DNA of 64,000 nucleotides from an uncultured Alphaproteobacteria bacterium (GTDB lineage Bacteria > Pseudomonadota > Alphaproteobacteria > Rhizobiales > Xanthobacteraceae), in assembly GCA_963829465.1 (NCBI GenBank), contig CAWHJE010000020.1:103935-167934 (forward strand), read 5' to 3'. The notes beneath the pieces are model-generated. The model made no database searches, had not been told where the DNA came from, and saw only the letters and a program-made list of their open reading frames with translations. Both the position numbers and the translations under genes were made by a program. Each line of letters opens with the position of its first letter. The first letter of the stretch is position 1. Positions 59,381-64,000 of this stretch are shown here, piece by piece.

Positions 59381-62300
59381 ATGAGATCGCCGAGCATCAT
59401 TCCGCCCGCCGTGCTGCGGGTGCAGGGCGATGTATCCGATCCTACTGTTTCAGCATGGGTTGCCGCCAATGCGGGGTCGGGCAAGACCCACGTGCTAGCG
59501 CAGCGTGTGATCAATCTTCTGCTCGCCGGCGTACAGCCTGAGAAAATTCTCTGCCTGACCTTCACCAAGGCGGCCGCGGCGAACATGGCGAAGCGCGTGT
59601 TCGACACGCTCGGACGCTGGACCACGCTCGACGACGACGCGCTCGATGCCGCCATCGGCGAGCAGAGCGGCAGAGCGGCCGGGGCCCGCAGGGCGCGGGC
59701 GCGGCAGCTTTTTGCCCGCGCGCTGGAAACGCCGGGCGGTCTCAAGGTGCAGACCATCCACGCCTTCTGCACGCAGCTTCTGCATCAGTTTCCGTTTGAA
59801 GCCAACGTCGCCGCACGCTTCACCGTGCTCGACGAGACTGCGCAGGTGGAGCTTCTCGAGGAACTGACGCTGGCGGCGTTGCTCGAAGGCGCCGCCGAAC
59901 CCGACAGCTCGCTCGGCCGCGCGCTCGGCATCGCCATGAGCGCCGGCGCCGACCAGACGTTTCGCGACGTGGTGCGCGAAGCGATCAACCGTCGCGACGC
60001 CATCATCCGCTGGCGCAGCAATGCCGGCGGCGTCGAAGCGGCCATTGCCGGCCTGTCGCGCGCGCTGGGCATCGAGCCGCAAGACAGTCTCGACAGCATC
60101 GAAGCTGAGTTCTTTACCGGTACGTTGATCGCAGCTTCGGAGTGGCCGGCGATCGCCGCCGCACTTGCGGAAGGCAACAAGACGGATTGCGAACAGGCGC
60201 GGCGTTTCAATGCGCTGACGTCATTGTCGGGATCGAATCGCCTCGAACTTTATCTGGAAATTTTTTGCACTGATGAAGGCAATGCGCGCAGATCCATCGT
60301 CACCAGGGCGATCAAGGACGCGGCGCTGGTCGCGCTTCTCGGGGCGGAGCAGGCGCGCGTTTGCCGTATTCTCGACCGGCGCAACGCCGTGATCTGCCGC
60401 GACCGCAGCGCGGCGTTGCTGATCGTCGCCGATGCGGTGCTGACCCGTTATGCCGCCGAAAAGGGACGCCGCGGCCTTCTCGATTATGACGATCTGATCG
60501 ACAAGGCGCTGGAGCTGCTCGACAACTTCGAAGCGGCCTGGGTCCATTTCAAGCTCGATCTCGGCATTGATCACCTCCTGATCGACGAAGCGCAGGACAC
60601 CAGCAGCAAGCAGTGGGAGATCGTCCGCCGGCTGGTCGCGGAATTCACCGCGGGGAAAGGCGCGCGCGAGGTCAGGCGCACGATCTTCGCCGTTGGCGAC
60701 GAGAAGCAGTCGATCTTTTCGTTCCAGGATGCGGCGCCCAAGCAGTTCGCGTCCATGCGCCGATATTTCGAGCGCGCCTACCACGACAGCGGTGTGGAAT
60801 TCGTCTTCCGCGAATTCAAGCATTCGTTCCGCTCGGGCGAGAGCGTGCTCGCCGCCGTCGACGAGGTGTTCAAGGCGCAAGGGATGGCGGCGAGCGTCAC
60901 CTCGGACAGTGATGGATTTCCGCCGCACATCGCCCTGCCGGATTCGCCGCCGAGCATGGTCGAAGTCTGGGAGCCGGAAAAGCCCGACGAACGCATCGAG
61001 ATCGAGGGCTGGGACGCGCCGTTCGACACGGTGAGCGAAACGAGCCCGCGCGTGAAGCTGGCGCATCGGATCGCCCGCACCGTGCGCCGTCTTGTCGAAA
61101 GCAGGGCGCCGGTCGGCGTGGATCGCCGCGCCGCGCGCTACGGCGACGTGCTGATTTTGGTGCGCCAGCGCGGGCCGTTATTCGAGGCGGTGATTCGCGC
61201 GCTCAAGAACGAAAATGTCGAGGTTGCCGGCGCCGACCGCCTCGTGCTTACCGAGCACATCGCGGTCATGGATTTGATGTCGCTCGCTGACGCGCTGCTG
61301 TTGCCGGCAGACGATCTGGCGCTGGCGGCGGTGCTGCGCAGTCCCTTGTTCGGCTTTTCCGACGACGACCTGTTCGTGCTGGCTTCGGATCGCGGCCGCT
61401 CGTCGTTGCGCGCGGCGCTTACGCAAAAAGCCGCCGAGCAGAAAAAATTCGCCGACGCGGCCGCGGCGCTCGATGAGCTTGCGGCCTCCGCCCGTCGCCA
61501 GTCTCCCTTTGCTTTCTATGCGCGCGTGCTCGGCGCGGGCGGCGGCCGGCATCGCTTCCTGGCGCGTCTCGGCGCCGAGGCCAACGATGCGCTCGACGAA
61601 TTTCTCAATCTTGCCCTCGATTACGAGCGGCGCACGACGCCATCCTTGCAAGGTTTTGTCGCTTGGCTGCGTGCGGCGCGCGCGGAAGTGAAGCGCGACA
61701 TGGAGATCGCGCGTAACGAAGTGCGCGTCATGACGGTTCATGGCGCCAAGGGGCTCGAGGCGCCCATCGTCATTCTCGCCGATACGATGACGCCTCCCTC
61801 CGGGCCGCGGCCGCCGCGGCTGCTGGAGCTTGCCGACGGCGCCGTGATCTGGGCGGGACGCAAGGACGACGACGTTGAGATTGTCGCGGCCGCCCGCCAG
61901 GCGGCTCTCGCCGAAGCGGAGAACGAATACCGGCGGCTCCTCTACGTCGCCATGACGCGTGCCGCTGATCGGCTGATCGTTTGCGGCGCCGACGGCGAAC
62001 GCAAACGGCCGACGGGCTGCTGGTACGATCTCGTCGTCGAGCCGCTCAAGCCGTTTCTCGTCGAGGAGCAGGAAGACGGCGAAAAGGTTCTGCGGTTTCG
62101 CAAGGCGGCGTCCGATATTGCCGACCTTTCAGCGTCGCCGGATGTGGTCGTGAAGACCGGCGCATCCGAAATTCCGCAATGGCTCCGCCAGCCGGCATCC
62201 GCCGACACGATCCGGTCGGCGCTGTTGTCGCCGTCCTCGGCGTTCGATGAGGAGATCGGCCGCGAAATCGCGCACGCGCATGGCTCGGCGGCCGATCGCC

Positions 62301-62851
62301 GCAAGGCGCTTGCTCGCGGGCGCATCGTGCACCGGCTGATGCAGTCATTGCCCGATATTCCGCCGGCCGGTCGCAAGGAGGCCATCGCGCGCTATCTGAA
62401 CAACGCCGCGGCGGATTTTCTTCCCGCCGAGCACGACGAAATCGCGCGGCAACTTCTTACCATCCTCAACGATTTGATTTTTGCCGAAGTGTTCGCGCCG
62501 GGCAGCCGCGCCGAAGTGCCGATCGTCGGCCGGCTGGCTGACAGCACCGGCGTTTCGATCGCCGTGTCGGGTCAGGTCGACCGATTGGCGGTTACGCCCG
62601 ACGCGGTCATGATTGCCGATTACAAGACCGACCGCGCCACCCCGGCGCGGCTCGCCAACGTGCCGAAACCCTATGTCGGCCAGCTCGCGCTCTACCGGGC
62701 GATTCTCGGCCGCATTTACCCGGAAAAAACGATTCGGGCCGCACTGATATTTACCCAGTGTCCGAGGGTGATCGAGGTCCCCGGGGCGGCGATGGAGACG
62801 GCTTTGGCCGAAATCCTCAAGCAAAGTCACGCTCCGGTGAAGTTCCCTTGA
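59381..62851 (+). CDS. addA: Double-strand break repair helicase-nuclease AddA
   Basis: ATG 59381. UvrD-type motifs VAANAGSGKTHVL, LCLTFTKAAAANM, LLIDEAQDTS, VGDEKQSIFSF, MTVHGAKGLE. C-terminal nuclease GQVDRLAV...IADYKTD. Confidence 0.93.
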   Translation: MRSPSIIPPAVLRVQGDVSDPTVSAWVAANAGSGKTHVLAQRVINLLLAGVQPEKILCLTFTKAAAANMAKRVFDTLGRWTTLDDDALDAAIGEQSGRAAGARRARARQLFARALETPGGLKVQTIHAFCTQLLHQFPFEANVAARFTVLDETAQVELLEELTLAALLEGAAEPDSSLGRALGIAMSAGADQTFRDVVREAINRRDAIIRWRSNAGGVEAAIAGLSRALGIEPQDSLDSIEAEFFTGTLIAASEWPAIAAALAEGNKTDCEQARRFNALTSLSGSNRLELYLEIFCTDEGNARRSIVTRAIKDAALVALLGAEQARVCRILDRRNAVICRDRSAALLIVADAVLTRYAAEKGRRGLLDYDDLIDKALELLDNFEAAWVHFKLDLGIDHLLIDEAQDTSSKQWEIVRRLVAEFTAGKGAREVRRTIFAVGDEKQSIFSFQDAAPKQFASMRRYFERAYHDSGVEFVFREFKHSFRSGESVLAAVDEVFKAQGMAASVTSDSDGFPPHIALPDSPPSMVEVWEPEKPDERIEIEGWDAPFDTVSETSPRVKLAHRIARTVRRLVESRAPVGVDRRAARYGDVLILVRQRGPLFEAVIRALKNENVEVAGADRLVLTEHIAVMDLMSLADALLLPADDLALAAVLRSPLFGFSDDDLFVLASDRGRSSLRAALTQKAAEQKKFADAAAALDELAASARRQSPFAFYARVLGAGGGRHRFLARLGAEANDALDEFLNLALDYERRTTPSLQGFVAWLRAARAEVKRDMEIARNEVRVMTVHGAKGLEAPIVILADTMTPPSGPRPPRLLELADGAVIWAGRKDDDVEIVAAARQAALAEAENEYRRLLYVAMTRAADRLIVCGADGERKRPTGCWYDLVVEPLKPFLVEEQEDGEKVLRFRKAASDIADLSASPDVVVKTGASEIPQWLRQPASADTIRSALLSPSSAFDEEIGREIAHAHGSAADRRKALARGRIVHRLMQSLPDIPPAGRKEAIARYLNNAAADFLPAEHDEIARQLLTILNDLIFAEVFAPGSRAEVPIVGRLADSTGVSIAVSGQVDRLAVTPDAVMIADYKTDRATPARLANVPKPYVGQLALYRAILGRIYPEKTIRAALIFTQCPRVIEVPGAAMETALAEILKQSHAPVKFP

Positions 62852-62918
62852 CGCGCAAGGACTCCATTCATAGGTTTCACGCCCTGCCCTTGATCTCACC
62901 GGAACAGCGAGGATTTCC

Positions 62919-63236
62919 ATGGTCGATAAAACAACCGACGCGACGTTCGATCAGGACGTCCTCAAGGCAAGCGGACCGGTGGTCGTGGATTTCTGGGCGG
63001 AGTGGTGCGGGCCGTGCCGGATGATCGCGCCTGCGCTCGAAGAGATCTCCAAATCGCTCGACGGCAAGGTGAAGATCGTCAAGCTAAACGTCGACGAGAA
63101 TCCGGGCACCGCGGCGAAGTTCGGGATCATGTCGATCCCGACGCTCATGCTGTTCAAGGACGGCCAGCTCGCTTCGCGGCAGGTCGGTGCTGCGCCCAAG
63201 CAGAAGCTTGAACAGTGGATCACCGCTTCGGTGTAA
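62919..63236 (+). CDS. trxA: Thioredoxin
   Basis: 105 aa. [17 protein letters not shown] active site. Confidence 0.96.
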   Translation: MVDKTTDATFDQDVLKASGPVVVDFWAEWCGPCRMIAPALEEISKSLDGKVKIVKLNVDENPGTAAKFGIMSIPTLMLFKDGQLASRQVGAAPKQKLEQWITASV

Positions 63237-63248
63237 AGCACTCAGTTC

Positions 63249-63357
63249 GTCATTGCGAGCATAGCGAAGCAATCCAGTAGGCTTTTGCCTGCGGTGGATT
63301 GCTTCGTCGCATCGGGCCGGCCACTTCGGGCCGGACCCGTTGGCTCCTCGCAATGAC
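63249..63357. repeat. REP-like palindromic element (GTCATTGCGAG ... CGAAGCAATCCAG family), copy 2
   Basis: Outer arms GTCATTGCGAG/CTCGCAATGAC. Inner arms GCGAAGCAATCCA/TGGATTGCTTCG. Same family as 20517-20596. Confidence 0.7.
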
Positions 63358-63364
63358 GAAACCG

Positions 63365-64000
63365 CTAATGCCGGAAGTGCCGCGTGCCGGTGAACACCAT
63401 GGCGATGCCATGCTCGTCCGCGGCCTTGATGACCTCGTCGTCGCGCACCGATCCGCCGGGCTGGATCACCGCGGTTGCGCCGGCCTCGATGGCGACCAAC
63501 AAACCGTCGGCGAAGGGAAAGAAGGCGTCTGAGGCGACGACCGATCCCTTGGTCGCGGGCGTCGCGAGGCCGGCTTCCTTTGCCGCGTCCTGCGCCTTGC
63601 GCGCAGCGATGCGTGCGGCATCGACGCGGCTCATCTGGCCGGCGCCGATGCCGACCGTCGCGGAATCCTTGGCGTAAACGATCGTATTCGACTTCACATG
63701 CTTGGCGACGCGGAAGGCAAACAGCAGGTCACGCAATTCCGTGTTGCTCGGCGCCCGCCTGGTGACCGGTTTTAGCGCCATGTCATCGACGATGGCGTTG
63801 TCGCGCGATTGCACGAGCAGCCCGCCGGCGACGGTCTTTGCCGTCAAGCCCCGGGCGCGCGGGTCGGGCAGGCCGCCGGCGATCAGAAGCCGAAGGTTCT
63901 TCTTGGCGCCGACGATGGCAATCGCTTCGTCGGTCGCGTCCGGCGCGATGATGACCTCGGTAAAAATCTCGGTGATGGCGCGCGCGGAATCGGCGTCGAG
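63365..64000 (-). CDS. purH: Bifunctional AICAR transformylase / IMP cyclohydrolase, C-terminal part; the gene continues past the right edge
   Basis: ...[23 protein letters not shown]...[10 protein letters not shown]....[37 protein letters not shown], the canonical PurH C-terminus. The frame stays open upstream of the listed ORF. Confidence 0.92.
   Translation of the reverse strand, partial: LDADSARAITEIFTEVIIAPDATDEAIAIVGAKKNLRLLIAGGLPDPRARGLTAKTVAGGLLVQSRDNAIVDDMALKPVTRRAPSNTELRDLLFAFRVAKHVKSNTIVYAKDSATVGIGAGQMSRVDAARIAARKAQDAAKEAGLATPATKGSVVASDAFFPFADGLLVAIEAGATAVIQPGGSVRDDEVIKAADEHGIAMVFTGTRHFRH

Noticed and set aside
1-64000. Search by eye for CRISPR arrays, tRNA/rRNA genes, IS elements, integrases, phage genes or defence-system gene clusters
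   Set aside because: I found no regularly spaced direct repeats, no cloverleaf-like or rRNA-like segments, and no transposase, integrase or phage-like translations. The only repeats are the REP-like palindromes listed above.

Overview
High-G+C alphaproteobacterial chromosome core, Hyphomicrobiales/Bradyrhizobiaceae-like as judged by gene content, synteny and characteristic intergenic palindromic repeats. I found no rRNA, tRNA, CRISPR array, transposase or integrase. Gene order, left to right: (1) A cobalamin block: cobW, a DUF1636 gene and a NiCoT cobalt/nickel permease behind a B12 riboswitch, then cobU-cobO-cobQ, cbiB and cobD. (2) Small secreted or envelope proteins, an acyltransferase and a frameshifted pgi. 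(3) A fused-permease ABC system with no binding-protein gene in the window. (4) holA-lptE-leuS. (5) Hemerythrin, OsmC and hydrolase genes, plus a DUF4258-DUF2283 toxin/antitoxin-like ORF. (6) irr next to fabA-fabB-fabI, an ABC-2 exporter and phaZ. (7) The giant NAD-glutamate dehydrogenase. (8) mutM, ubiE-ubiB, coaBC-dut, a DivL-type kinase, a tsaE-amgK fusion, murU, addB-addA, trxA and the end of purH. I see no clear multi-gene novel system. The most unusual points are: an RHH antitoxin-like domain fused in frame to CoaBC, with strong palindromes just upstream; the single-ORF DUF4258-DUF2283 fusion; a canonical plus-strand terminator in a 570-bp gene-free region, suggesting an unannotated sRNA; two lower-G+C single-gene wedges; a frameshifted pgi; and at least four families of REP-like palindromes. 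All family assignments come from reading the translations. No database search was run.
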